64,000 nucleotides of DNA from a virus: positions 1 to 64,000 of the IMG/VR virus record IMGVR_UViG_3300020442_000008. One strand, 5' to 3'. Within the stretch, counting starts at the first letter, position 1; the number at the start of each line of letters is the position of its first letter. The position numbers and the translations under genes were made by a program. Positions 40,177-50,517 of the stretch are shown here, in pieces. The notes under the pieces were generated by a model. It saw nothing but the letters and a program-made list of their open reading frames with translations, was not told the origin of the DNA and did not search any database.

Positions 40177-40826
40177 TGAAAAAAAAGGTAACCAAAATTG
40201 ACCTAACAGAGGAAATACGAGCAGCTTTGCTCGCAGAGCAAGGTTTCGAAGAAGAAATTTCCGAGGAAGCTTTTGCTGAAGAAAAAAATAAAGGAAAAAA
40301 ATTAAATAAACCCTTTAGAACCCCAGGTGGGCCAAAGAAATTTTCAGTCTATGTTAAGAATGAAAAAGGTAATGTTGTAAAAGTGAACTTCGGCGATCCA
40401 AATATGGAAATTAAAAGAGACAATCCAGAAAGAAGAAAGTCTTTTAGGGCTAGGCATAATTGCGACAACCCAGGTCCGAAGACCAAAGCAAAGTATTGGT
40501 CATGCAAAATGTGGAGCAAAAAACCTGTAAGTAAAGTTTCTAGCAGTCAAGATTTCGAAGATCAAATACTTGATATGCTCGATGAATCTGATAGCAAGCA
40601 AGGGCTTTGGGATAATATCCGAAAAAAGAAAAAAAGAGAAGGTAAGAACTATAGACCCGCGAAACCTGGGGATAAAGATAGACCTTCAAAAGAAGCATAC
40701 GAAAAAGCACAGAAACCAAAGAAAAAATCTAAAGCTTTTGAAACCTGCGACTCTTGCAAAAACCCGAAATCTTGCTCAGAAGCAGGACACTGCGAGAAGT
40801 CAAAGGCGAAAAAGAAGAAATATTAA
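40176..40826 (+). CDS. Conserved basic phage protein (modular)
   Basis: LNKPFRTPGGPKKF.VYV...V.FGD...RRKSFRARH.C...YWSC..W and GLWDNIR.K motifs familiar from aquatic phages, plus a C-terminal Cys cluster. Confidence 0.65.
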   Translation: MKKKVTKIDLTEEIRAALLAEQGFEEEISEEAFAEEKNKGKKLNKPFRTPGGPKKFSVYVKNEKGNVVKVNFGDPNMEIKRDNPERRKSFRARHNCDNPGPKTKAKYWSCKMWSKKPVSKVSSSQDFEDQILDMLDESDSKQGLWDNIRKKKKREGKNYRPAKPGDKDRPSKEAYEKAQKPKKKSKAFETCDSCKNPKSCSEAGHCEKSKAKKKKY

Positions 40827-40840
40827 GTGTAACATAGTAT

Positions 40841-41068
40841 GTGTTAAGGTATTTATTAATTCTTTTGCTATTCAGTAGTTGTTCAACAAAAGAATACTTA
40901 ACGCCAGAAATTACAGCCCTCAAGGAAGAAGATAGGGATTGGGTTCAAGTTTATCGCCATGAAATGAAAGTGGCGATGGAGCATGATGATGAAGTCGCTT
41001 GGCATTTTTTCTTTTGGGAACTTTTGAAAGAAAAGTCTCGAATTTACGAAAAATCTATTGACAAATAA
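40841..41068 (+). CDS. Small lipoprotein
   Basis: LLLFSSC lipobox, preceded by GTGTA-N9-GTG. Confidence 0.6.
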   Translation: MLRYLLILLLFSSCSTKEYLTPEITALKEEDRDWVQVYRHEMKVAMEHDDEVAWHFFFWELLKEKSRIYEKSIDK

Positions 41069-41092
41069 CACTCATTGTGGTATAGTTATTTC

Positions 41093-41995
41093 ATGTTAAC
41101 AGGCGTACTTAAAACTAGAGACGGAGAATACAAATATAGCCTAGATGTTAATGAAGATGAATTAATTAATATCTATATAAAAGAGTTAATTTTGTATTGG
41201 TGTGAAAAAAACCATCCCGATGTCGTAAGTAAAATAGAATCAAACATAAAAGAGTTAATTTTAAAAGAAAATGAAAATTAAAAAAAAATTAAAAAATGCA
41301 GAGTTTGAATACGATGAAGAAACTAAAAAGTTTTTAATAATAGATAGTGAAGATGGGAGTGCTATTGAATTAAATAAAGTATATGCATTCGCATTTATGC
41401 GGTTCGTGATTCGCATGGCACAAAGAAATTGGCTTAAAACCAAAAAAAATGTTGACAAACATGAGCCAAATATAGTATCATTAATAGATAATGAAGAAAT
41501 CAATCCAAACCAGACCACCATTCAATGGACTCAAGAAGTATCTACAGAACCCTGCACATCCAATGAGTCAGTTTAAAGCATTTATGTTAAATATAAATTC
41601 ATTCAATTTGGTACACGCCTCAGAAGTAGAAGAGTTTTTTTATGAAAAAAATGATGAAGCTGTAGAGGAAGGTGAAGTCGTAGGTATAGAAATAGAGAAT
41701 GAAGACACAGTAGATATTGTTTTGTTTTCGGATATTTATTTTAGCCAACAAAATTTTTAGTAAAATGGAAAGACTTTGGGAATATAGGATCAAATATAAT
41801 CCCGGGGCTGGACACTCCGTCACAGACAGTTATCACTATTATAACGCAGAGAGTGCTTGTGTTGCTTTGAAATATCATGAATACATGATGGAAAGACATG
41901 GATTTAGAGCACAGATTCTTTCCGTAGAAAGAAAGTGCCCTTACGCAAATAAGTGGATCGATGAGACAGATTTACTGAAAGAAAATAGCGAATGA
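41093..41995 (+). other. Cluster of four short hypothetical ORFs (41093..41281, 41271..41576, ~41563..41760, 41765..41995)
   Basis: Overlapping ORFs downstream of TTGACA(41058)-17-TATAGT-6-ATG. Confidence 0.55.
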
Positions 41996-42615
41996 GTTTT
42001 GACCAAATAATAAAAAATCAATCCTTCAAGGGAGACCCAAATAAGCACAAAGGAAAAATAGATGATAATGCTTTAGGCTTTGCTTGGAGACCTAATCAAA
42101 AAAAACGCTCATTGCTAATCAAAAACTGCCAAATAAATGCTAATGGCGTTGCAGAGGGGTTAAAGCTTTCATATATGCACGATGTACTAGTGCAAGATTG
42201 CGAAATAATAGGCGGGTATGAAGATTGCGTAGATATAGTAAGAGGAGGCAACATAACTTTCGAGAATTGTATTTTTATTTCTAATGGAACAAAACATCAC
42301 TTTACCATTAAATGTCAGGTTGAAAATGTCAAAATTGTGAATTGTATTTTTCGAAATAATTTTAATAAAATATGGGATGGAGCATTCGTTGATATGGGTA
42401 ATTGGTCAGATTATGATATAAAAGACCTTCCAAAAACGAAAGGAATTGAAATAATTAATTGCACTTTTGAAAATGTGTCTTGGTGGAAAAAAATCCTAAC
42501 TAGAAGGCTTTACGCAGAGAACGCTATCGTAAAAAATACATCAGGGTTTAATCTAAAAATACCAAATATATTTATTAATTTATTCTGGAACCATCAAAGG
42601 TATTTAAATAAATGA
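41992..42615 (+). CDS. Right-handed parallel beta-helix (pectate lyase-like) protein
   Basis: Repeating I.NC.I/F units, [16 protein letters not shown]. Confidence 0.7.
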   Translation: MSFDQIIKNQSFKGDPNKHKGKIDDNALGFAWRPNQKKRSLLIKNCQINANGVAEGLKLSYMHDVLVQDCEIIGGYEDCVDIVRGGNITFENCIFISNGTKHHFTIKCQVENVKIVNCIFRNNFNKIWDGAFVDMGNWSDYDIKDLPKTKGIEIINCTFENVSWWKKILTRRLYAENAIVKNTSGFNLKIPNIFINLFWNHQRYLNK

Positions 42616-43238
42616 ACCTTAAACAAGAACTAAAGAAAGCTAGAAGCGGAGAGTCCAACTTAATAGAGTTTACGGCAGACCCCAAACTATTAGTCCCTTA
42701 CTCAAGAATTAGAGTCACGGAAGATCCATCGTACCCTGGTGCTTTTCCAAAAATTCATAGGAGTCCGTATTCAAATAATAAACTATTAATAGGCAAATAT
42801 GTTTCTATTGCAGAGGGTGTACAATTTTTGATAGGCTCAAACCATGATTGGGAGAGGGTTACGACATATTTGAGCTTTTGCATTGAAAGCGGTATGTTAG
42901 ATGAAGGGTCTATGACTTCATCTGGAAATATTATAATAGGAAATGATGTCTTAATAGGAACAAATGCGGTTATTATGGATGGAGTATCTATTGGTGATGG
43001 GGCGGTTATAGGTGCGTGTGCGGTTGTAACTAAGGATGTTGACCCTTATACTATTGTAGGGGGAGTACCCGCAAAATTTATTAAAAAAAGATTTAATGAA
43101 GAAATAATTAAAAAATTATTAAAACTGCAATGGTGGAACATTGAGGAAGAAATATTAAATGAATTTTCAGATTTATTATTCTCAAGAGATATTAACTCAT
43201 TTATAGCAAATATAGAAAACCTTTTATCGCCACCTTAG
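42612..43238 (+). CDS. CatB/Vat-like hexapeptide O-acetyltransferase
   Basis: [63 protein letters not shown]. Confidence 0.88.
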   Translation: MNLKQELKKARSGESNLIEFTADPKLLVPYSRIRVTEDPSYPGAFPKIHRSPYSNNKLLIGKYVSIAEGVQFLIGSNHDWERVTTYLSFCIESGMLDEGSMTSSGNIIIGNDVLIGTNAVIMDGVSIGDGAVIGACAVVTKDVDPYTIVGGVPAKFIKKRFNEEIIKKLLKLQWWNIEEEILNEFSDLLFSRDINSFIANIENLLSPP

Positions 43239-43304
43239 CTCAGATGGTAGAGCACCTCACTTGTAATGAGGATGTCGTCGGTTCGATCCCGACAGGTGGC
43301 TCCA
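43229..43304 (+). tRNA. tRNA-Thr(UGU)
   Basis: Cloverleaf, anticodon arm CCTCA-CTTGTAA-TGAGG, GTTCGA T-loop, encoded CCA. Confidence 0.95.
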
Positions 43305-43308
43305 TTTT

Positions 43309-43395
43309 GCGGATGTGGCGGAATAGGTAGACGCTACGGACTTAAAATCCGTTGCCAGTAATGGCGTGAGGGTTCAAGTCCCTCCATCCGTACCA
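43309..43395 (+). tRNA. tRNA-Leu(UAA)
   Basis: ACGGA-CTTAAAA-TCCGT, long variable arm, CCA. Confidence 0.95.
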
Positions 43396-43400
43396 AATAT

Positions 43401-43477
43401 GCGAGAGTAGCTCAGTTGGATAGAGCATCTGCCTTCTAAGCAGAATGTCGTGAGTTCGAGTCTCACCTCTCGTGCCA
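43401..43477 (+). tRNA. tRNA-Arg(UCU)
   Basis: TCTGC-CTTCTAA-GCAGA, GTTCGA, CCA. Confidence 0.95.
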
Positions 43478-43478
43478 T

Positions 43479-43661
43479 TTATTTTTTATGAATTTTCCTC
43501 AAAATATTCTGCTTTTGCTCATCGCTTAGTTTTAAAAACATTTTTTTAGCTTCTATCCAAGCCGTCCTCGCACGAATGTGAGGATTTGCTTGGAAAGTAT
43601 TATCTTCGATTAACTTAACAGTAAGATAATCTATTATTAATTCTTTATCGCATGATTCCAT
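43479..43661 (-). CDS. Hypothetical protein
   Basis: 60-aa ORF with GTGTA-N9-ATG upstream. Confidence 0.55.
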   Translation of the reverse strand: MESCDKELIIDYLTVKLIEDNTFQANPHIRARTAWIEAKKMFLKLSDEQKQNILRKIHKK

Positions 43662-43895
43662 ATCAATTTTTACACAAATAAGGGTTGACTTTGTGGAAAA
43701 AATATGAAAGTATTAAACCATTATGAAAAATACAGAATACATTACATTGACAGAGATGTGGCAGGACGAACAATATCTTGAGGTTGTTGACATTATATCG
43801 ACAGAAAATTGGGATCATTCTACTTTGGTAGAGTTTTGTGCATATTTTATTAAATATCTTGGACTAAAAGAATTTAGCGTTTTTCAGAGGCTTGT

Positions 43896-44285
43896 ATGAC
43901 CCCAACAGAACATTTCCAACTCATTTGGAAAACTTACGAGTTTACACTAACTCGTCTTGCGTTCCTAGAGGATGATTACCAATACCTTTTTGCTCAAATA
44001 AATAATAAATTAAGCGAAAATGATAAGCGAATCCCTGTGGATCTAAAACAGGCTTTTATAGAGAATGCTAGAGAGCTTAAATTAATATATGCAAAACAAC
44101 AGAAAACCATTAATGAATTAATTTCTTTTTGTGACGAGCATAGAGCTTGGAAAAATTCGGAAATCATTCCCGAAGGCTATGATATATCAAAACATTCACT
44201 AAAAGAGTTAAGTAGGGTTACAAGGCATCTTGAGGAAGTTCTAGAAGACTCTATGGAAAATGTAGAAAGTTTGCTTGACTTCTGA
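43896..44285 (+). CDS. Hypothetical helical protein
   Basis: 129-aa ORF. Confidence 0.6.
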   Translation: MTPTEHFQLIWKTYEFTLTRLAFLEDDYQYLFAQINNKLSENDKRIPVDLKQAFIENARELKLIYAKQQKTINELISFCDEHRAWKNSEIIPEGYDISKHSLKELSRVTRHLEEVLEDSMENVESLLDF

Positions 44286-44309
44286 GAAGTATTGCTCTAG
44301 TGTTAAATT

Positions 44310-44561
44310 ATGAAACGAGGAAGACCAAAAGGCTACTCTCCTTATGTGGAGATTTCTTATGAAGACCTTGCCGACTATGTTGGCAGGAAAACTCTAATTA
44401 AAGTCTGTAAGACTTGGATAGAAGACCTTGCGGAGCAAGCTCATTCATCTAATAACCTATTCTCGCTTAGTAAACAGAGCCATGCAGAAGATGTGCATGA
44501 GGAAGAAGCTAATCAGGAACAACCAAAAATAGAATATGCAATCACAAACTTCAATGAATAA
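44310..44561 (+). CDS. Hypothetical protein with N-terminal AT-hook-like KRGRPK
   Basis: Leaderless promoter TTGACT(44275)-17-TAGTGT-6-ATG. Confidence 0.6.
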   Translation: MKRGRPKGYSPYVEISYEDLADYVGRKTLIKVCKTWIEDLAEQAHSSNNLFSLSKQSHAEDVHEEEANQEQPKIEYAITNFNE

Positions 44562-45486
44562 ATATTTTCCAGACCTTATTGGTCAAAACGCAGTCAAAAG
44601 AAAGCTGTCTTTTTATATTGATGCTTTTAATAAAACAGGCGTTTGCCCGTTTTTGTTGCTTACAGGTGCTAAGGGCTTGGGCAAAACAGAATTCGCTAAA
44701 GGATTCGGAAAGAATCTTGTAAACAGAGATGGAACTAAAAGAAATTTTCTTGAGATTAATTGCTCAACGATTAGAAATAACGAGCAGTTCTTTGAGCAGA
44801 TTTTCTTACCACTTATTTCCGATAATGAGATTACAATTTTGTTTGACGAATGTCACGCACTCCCAAAAGACTTAACTATGGCTTTTTTAACTATTTTCAA
44901 TACTGAAACTAGAACTAGAAAAACATTTGAATGGAATGAGATGTCTTTTGAGTTTGATTTCAAGAAACAAACATTCATCTTTGCAACGACAGAGAGCGAT
45001 CAGATTTTTCCTCCACTAAAAGATAGGCTGACAAATGTCGATTTTGAACCATATTCAACAGAAGAGTTGGGGCAAATCCTTAGACTTTGTGCCTCTGACG
45101 CACAAATTGAAGACGATTGCTTAGAAGAGGTTTCAAAATCTGTAAGAAATAATGCTAGAAACGCAGTAATGAGAGCTAAAGAAATATCTTTGTATTGTGG
45201 TGCAAAGCGTAGGTTTATTTTTTCGCTAAAAGACTTCAAAGATTTGTGCAAGCAAGTTAGTATTTTGCCTTTAGGTTTGACATATACAGAGAAACAAATC
45301 CTAGAATCACTCAAGAGTGGATCGGCAACGCTTACTGGTCTTGCAGCAAAACTAGGTTTAAGCAAAACATCTATTCAGAAAGATCACGAATTATATTTAT
45401 TAAATAAAAACTTAATTGAAATTGATGGTAAAAGAAAGATAACCGCTAAAGGTATTGATGTCTGCAAGGAGTTAGCAACGCAATGA
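44554..45486 (+). CDS. ruvB: RuvB-like AAA+ Holliday junction branch-migration ATPase
   Basis: DLIGQ..VK..L, GAKGLGKT, LFDECH, ATT...PLKDR, Y..EEL..I, C-terminal winged helix (LA..LG...E.YL...I...G.R..T). Confidence 0.8.
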   Translation: MNKYFPDLIGQNAVKRKLSFYIDAFNKTGVCPFLLLTGAKGLGKTEFAKGFGKNLVNRDGTKRNFLEINCSTIRNNEQFFEQIFLPLISDNEITILFDECHALPKDLTMAFLTIFNTETRTRKTFEWNEMSFEFDFKKQTFIFATTESDQIFPPLKDRLTNVDFEPYSTEELGQILRLCASDAQIEDDCLEEVSKSVRNNARNAVMRAKEISLYCGAKRRFIFSLKDFKDLCKQVSILPLGLTYTEKQILESLKSGSATLTGLAAKLGLSKTSIQKDHELYLLNKNLIEIDGKRKITAKGIDVCKELATQ

Positions 45487-45532
45487 TTTTTTTACCTTGA
45501 CTAAACCCAAATAATATCATATTATATATAAT

Positions 45533-45886
45533 ATGAAAAACCAAGATCGGATAGAAGAAGCCCTAGAAGAGGGCAATAAAATTGCAGATGAATTAGATAA
45601 ATTAGAAGCCAAAAAATCAAGCTCAAAACCAAAAGCTCTATCAAGAGAATCCCTCATAGAAGAATTAAACGAAATAATAGAAGAAAATGACGGAGTAATG
45701 ATCGAGGATGAAGATATTCTATTTAGCGAATTGGGTTTAGATAGCTTTGGGGCGACAATTTTCTTTCTTGAGTTAGATGATAGGTATAATTATTGCGAAT
45801 CGGAAAGTCAAGAAGATTTTATGAAAAATACAGACTGGAAAAGGTTAAAAGTAAAGACAATTATTGATAACATTTTATGTTCTTAA
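45533..45886 (+). CDS. Acyl carrier protein
   Basis: Acidic, ELGLDSFG phosphopantetheine site, adjacent to a ketosynthase. Confidence 0.75.
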   Translation: MKNQDRIEEALEEGNKIADELDKLEAKKSSSKPKALSRESLIEELNEIIEENDGVMIEDEDILFSELGLDSFGATIFFLELDDRYNYCESESQEDFMKNTDWKRLKVKTIIDNILCS

Positions 45887-46728
45887 AAAGTTACACCCAT
45901 ACAGTTCCGACCTTGGAGCTTGATGATTATTTCGCAATCGAAGGGTTAGATCGGGATTGTAATTTTAATTTATTCTACAGAAAACAGAATAAAGATTTTT
46001 TATCATCAATCGAAGCTAATGATGGTTTAGCAGTTATATATTGTCCACCTATACCTTTTGTTGAAGTCGAGTCGAAAGGCTTGGCTATTAATAAACTTCA
46101 GCACACTCATGCACATAAATATGCTTTTGCATTAAAAAATTGCAGAGTAGATTATCTTGAAATTGAAGGTTCGGCTTGTGCTTCTTCTTTAGCGGGAATA
46201 GGAAAAGCTTATAAATTAATCCATAGTGGTGAATTTAAAGATGTCTTGGTCATTACTGACGAAAGGATAAGTAAAGGGGTTTCCGATTTATTTAAACAAA
46301 TGAAAATTAATATAAAAGCGGGAGATGGTTTCTCCGCTCTACATTTGGTAAAGTCAGAGCCGAAAGATTCATTTATTAAAATCACCGACCCTGCTACGGC
46401 TTATCACTACCATACTAATCCTTGGGCTACAACAGAGGAAGGTTACAGAAAGGTTATCGCAAGCGAAGACTATGAATATATTAAGCCTCATGGAACAGGA
46501 ACAGATGTGAATGATGATTCAGAAAAATATTTATGTGAAAACAAAAAAGTGATGTTATCACCCGAAGGAATGAGGTACAAGGATAAATATGGTCATATGC
46601 AAGGTGCAAGTGGGGCGACAGAAATTTGCCAAATGCTAGAAGAACACGCCAATCTGCCAAGGACTTTGTGCCTAGCTGCGGGTTTGGGTAACTTTTATGC
46701 AGGATTGGTTATAGAAAAAAAATCTTGA
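45877..46728 (+). CDS. Minimal beta-ketoacyl-ACP synthase (FabB/FabF-like)
   Basis: SACASS (Cys), IKPHGTGT.VND (His), YK..YGHMQGASG..E (His), AAGLG. Confidence 0.85.
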   Translation: MFLKSYTHTVPTLELDDYFAIEGLDRDCNFNLFYRKQNKDFLSSIEANDGLAVIYCPPIPFVEVESKGLAINKLQHTHAHKYAFALKNCRVDYLEIEGSACASSLAGIGKAYKLIHSGEFKDVLVITDERISKGVSDLFKQMKINIKAGDGFSALHLVKSEPKDSFIKITDPATAYHYHTNPWATTEEGYRKVIASEDYEYIKPHGTGTDVNDDSEKYLCENKKVMLSPEGMRYKDKYGHMQGASGATEICQMLEEHANLPRTLCLAAGLGNFYAGLVIEKKS

Positions 46729-46759
46729 CTTTTAATTAATAATATCATATATTCATAAT

Positions 46760-47116
46760 ATGAAATACATAATGATTACATTGTTTTTTATGGCGGGGTG
46801 CAATCATGCCCAAAAACAAATGCACAAGGTAGAGGAAAGCCCTCAAGTACCACCCAACCTACCACCCCATGTTATTGAAATAAATAGCGTCCCACATCCA
46901 TTTAATTTAAATGGATACAACCCCTATGTTGTTTGGGTTAATGGTAAGATGATAAAGCTCACATCAAATCAGAAAAAAGAATTGATTAATATAGTTAAAG
47001 CAGAAAACATTAATCCTGTGTCTGATGCAGACCTTCATTCGGGAGACGGATGGCTTCACCCTCTTTATCCTTCTCGTAAATCTTTTGAACTTGTTTTGAA
47101 TGATCTCAACAGATAA
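46760..47116 (+). CDS. Putative lipoprotein
   Basis: FFMAGC lipobox, own leaderless promoter at 46725. Confidence 0.55.
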   Translation: MKYIMITLFFMAGCNHAQKQMHKVEESPQVPPNLPPHVIEINSVPHPFNLNGYNPYVVWVNGKMIKLTSNQKKELINIVKAENINPVSDADLHSGDGWLHPLYPSRKSFELVLNDLNR

Positions 47117-47591
47117 AATTCCAACCATTGAGGGCAATCTTTTAGATTTTCCTTGCGAAATAACTCGCATAGCACATTCTTGCAATACTCATAATGTGAT
47201 GGGGGCGGGAATTGCAAAGCAAATAAAGGATCGCTACCCTAATGCTTACGAGTCTGATTGTCACGCTAGATACGAAGACCAAAATAATTTAGGAAATTGG
47301 AGTTTTGCATGGACGGACTCGACTTGTCAAAGAGGGATTTATAATTTATATACTCAATCTCAAATCGGAGGAAAAAGAGCGGTAAATTACGAAGCTTTTC
47401 ACAAGTCTTTAAGTTTTGTTGCGGAGCATTTGCATTATAATTATTTGCACGGAGAAGATGATGTTATACTCGGCTTGCCCTACGGAATTTCTTGTGGCTT
47501 GGCAGGTGGAAATTGGAATGTTATTTATGAAATGATAAATGATATTTTGGCAGATATGCCCTATCAAACTTTTATAGTGAAATATGATTAG
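47100..47591 (+). CDS. Macrodomain (ADP-ribose processing) protein
   Basis: IEGNLL, IAHSCN...MGAGIAKQI..RYP, NLYTQ, PYGISCGLAGGNW. Confidence 0.88.
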   Translation: MISTDKIPTIEGNLLDFPCEITRIAHSCNTHNVMGAGIAKQIKDRYPNAYESDCHARYEDQNNLGNWSFAWTDSTCQRGIYNLYTQSQIGGKRAVNYEAFHKSLSFVAEHLHYNYLHGEDDVILGLPYGISCGLAGGNWNVIYEMINDILADMPYQTFIVKYD

Positions 47592-48557
47592 TTTAGAGGA
47601 AAGAATAAAAGAAGAAATAAATCGGTTAAGCTCATACCATGATGAAAAGACAATTCATTTAATAAATAATGTATTAAGACCGATGCTTCAATATATAAAA
47701 GATCACGATAGACTTATGAAAGAATTACAAAGAGTTGGGAGTAAACATGGATTATGATATTTGATAACGGAATAAATAATGAATTTGAAGAAGCCCACCA
47801 AAAAGGACTACATAGAGGTTTTGATTTGGGTTGGTCTTATAAAGGTAGATATTATAGACAAATGATAAGAGATATGTTAAATAATAAAGATTACTTAAAA
47901 ACAGGAGAAGCGACTTTAAAAAGGATTTTAAAGAAAATGGAACAAGATAAAGATAATAGAGAGAATATTACAATAAATAGTTGGTAAATAATATGAAATG
48001 TCCTATATCAAATAGAGAAGATTTAATTGACGATTGCCACATAACCATCGAATTTGGATATGGAAGCGATAGAGATTGCAGAACCTATACTTTTTCACCT
48101 GTGCATGATGAGGTTGGCAAAAAGATTTTAGAATATATATCTTCGTTAGCAGAAGATGGTTTCGATGTAGAGGATTACGCTGAAGATGTTATGAATGATA
48201 TTTTTGGTGTCGATCAAGATTGGAGCGATGAAGATAAAAGGGAGCATGGATTAGAATGAAACTATCACTCACATTACACGATAAAACTTATAGCGTTGAA
48301 TCCAACGAAGCCTTTGATGGAACGAATGTCAACGAGCTAACAGAACAATTTAAAGGCTTGCTTGTTAATGCGGGATTTCACCCAAGCAATGTAGATAATA
48401 TGTTCAATACAGAATATCAATGGTTCACCGAAGAAGAAAGGCGAGATAATATGCAGGGACATCTCAAAGAGGAAGATATTATGGAAAAACTTTTGAGAGA
48501 TCGAAAAGTTCAAGAGTTTCAAGATAATTTATATAAACCAGATGAAGATTTTAAACT

Positions 48558-48848
48558 ATGAAAATATGCGAACTAGAAGTAAAAGAAAGTTTCGATGGTG
48601 AATTATATTTTCGTTTACCCGATGACCTATTAAAGAGGTTAGGGTGGGAAGTTGGTGATGAATTAAAATTCATACCACAAGACGAAGCATTTATTATTAA
48701 AAAAGTAAAATATGAAAGCGTTGAACTAGAATTTGATGAGGAAGAATTATTCAAATATATGCAGTTTGCACACGAAAAAGGAATTACATTCAACGAACTT
48801 TGCGAAGAAGCAGTCAAAGCAAAATTAGATGAGAGTGGCATTGAGTAA
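48558..48848 (+). CDS. AbrB/MazE-like DNA-binding protein
   Basis: GELYFRLP..LL..LGW.VGDEL. Confidence 0.6.
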   Translation: MKICELEVKESFDGELYFRLPDDLLKRLGWEVGDELKFIPQDEAFIIKKVKYESVELEFDEEELFKYMQFAHEKGITFNELCEEAVKAKLDESGIE

Positions 48849-49190
48849 AATATTATATCATATTGGAGATTTTATCAGTATCTTTCTTCATTTTAATTTT
48901 TTCAGTTGGTTATATCCATTATATTCTAAAATAATGATTTTAAGTTCTGAGCTTGACAAAGATGGTAAAATATGGTTTAATAAATAAATTATGCACGAAG
49001 CAATGACAGAAGAGATTAATTACCAAAAAGGTTACGATAAAGGGTGGGCAGATGCCCAAGAATATCTTGCTAAAAAATTTGAAAAAATTTTAAGTAAAAA
49101 CGCAAATAAGTCTTACGAAAATGGGTTTAGAGATGGAGCAAATCAAAAAGATAATAAGCCATGTGTTTGTGGCTTTTGGGGTGACAAAAA

Positions 49191-49484
49191 ATGATTAATT
49201 GGATTAATATTGAAGATCAAGTTCCCGAAGAAGGGAAAAGACTACTTTACTTCTTTGAAGGAACAGGTGTTTGGACAGGCTTTTATTATGGTAGGGATGA
49301 AGATTATCCCGATAGAAATAATCATACTTTTGGAAGCAATATAGGCTTTCTAACAGGTGATGTAACTCATTGGTGTTACATTGATTATCCCGAAGGTGGA
49401 GAATGGAGAGAAGAAGCAGACCGAGATTTCTTTGAGCAAGATAAGGAATTAGTAGAGCTTGCGAAACAACCTATAAAAATATGA
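49191..49484 (+). CDS. DUF551-like protein
   Basis: WINIEDQVPE...VTHW. Confidence 0.55.
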   Translation: MINWINIEDQVPEEGKRLLYFFEGTGVWTGFYYGRDEDYPDRNNHTFGSNIGFLTGDVTHWCYIDYPEGGEWREEADRDFFEQDKELVELAKQPIKI

Positions 49485-50145
49485 AAACATTACATAATAC
49501 AAAAAACTGCAATTATAGAAGATACTTGCATAAAAAATTAAAGCACGGCAAAATAAGCGGTAAGTTTTATAAATTTATTTGCAGAAACTTTCCATATCGA
49601 GTTACTACGAGAGAAGTACAAACTGCCGTCAGAATGGTACTCGATGGCAAGATGACTGAAAATAAAGCTATTGCCACTTTGCAAGGAGCAAAAGCAGAAT
49701 TAAAGTATCAACAAGAGTTGTACAAATCAAATATAGAGTGCAGAAAGAAAATTTCAAAAACAACAACTCCATATACAAAACCTTTATAAAAATATTATGC
49801 CATACATACCAAAATCACAAAAACAAAAAGCAGATGACGGAATCATAAAAGATTGCGGATACTTAAATTATTCTATTCACCAATTAATTAATAGATATAT
49901 AGAAATAAATAAAGAGAGCTATCAAACATATAATGATATTATAGGTGCTTTAGATTGTGCTAAAATGGAAATTTATAGAAGACTCGTAGCCAAATATGAA
50001 GATAAAAAAATCCTACAAAATGGGGATGTACCTCCTTACGAAAAATGAAACAAAAGCTAAAAGACATTATAGATTTATTTGGTGCGATAGGAGTAGGTTT
50101 GTTATTGATTTCTTTTCAAATATGGTATATAATTACAGGTAGAGA

Positions 50146-50517
50146 ATGAATAAAAGAAAACCAAAATTTGTAGAGAAGCGTTGGGGATCAGAAACATGGT
50201 TCGCAAATAATGAAACGCATGATTATTGCGGTAAAGTTTTATATATTAAACAAGGGAGTCATACTTCTATGCACTTTCATATACAAAAACATGAAGTTTT
50301 TTATATTTTAAATGGAGTTTTGATTGTTGATTATATAGACACAAATACTGGAAATGTACATTCTGTTACTTTAAATGAGGGAGACTGCATGGATGTAGAG
50401 ATGGGTGAACCTCATCAATTAATTGCTCATGGTGATGGTGTTACGCTTATTGAGGCAAGCACATTTCATAGAGACGAGGATAGTTTTAGGATTCACGATG
50501 AAACGCCAATCAAATAA
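50146..50517 (+). CDS. Cupin (mannose-6-phosphate isomerase-like)
   Basis: VEKRWGSE.W, SMHFH..K.E.FY, PHQL, EAST.H.DED. Confidence 0.8.
   Translation: MNKRKPKFVEKRWGSETWFANNETHDYCGKVLYIKQGSHTSMHFHIQKHEVFYILNGVLIVDYIDTNTGNVHSVTLNEGDCMDVEMGEPHQLIAHGDGVTLIEASTFHRDEDSFRIHDETPIK

Noticed and set aside
42612-43238. Antibiotic resistance gene (vat/catB)
   Set aside because: The fold is shared with sugar O-acetyltransferases, and the glycosylation context makes resistance unsupported.
43229-43477. tRNA/tmRNA as prophage attachment site
   Set aside because: No integrase, no duplicated 3' fragment, and phage genes lie on both sides.
34780-44553. Longer ORF-track starts (34780, 36530, 38866, 41075, 44536)
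   Set aside because: They overlap upstream genes or promoter elements; downstream ATGs fit domain boundaries and promoter spacing.
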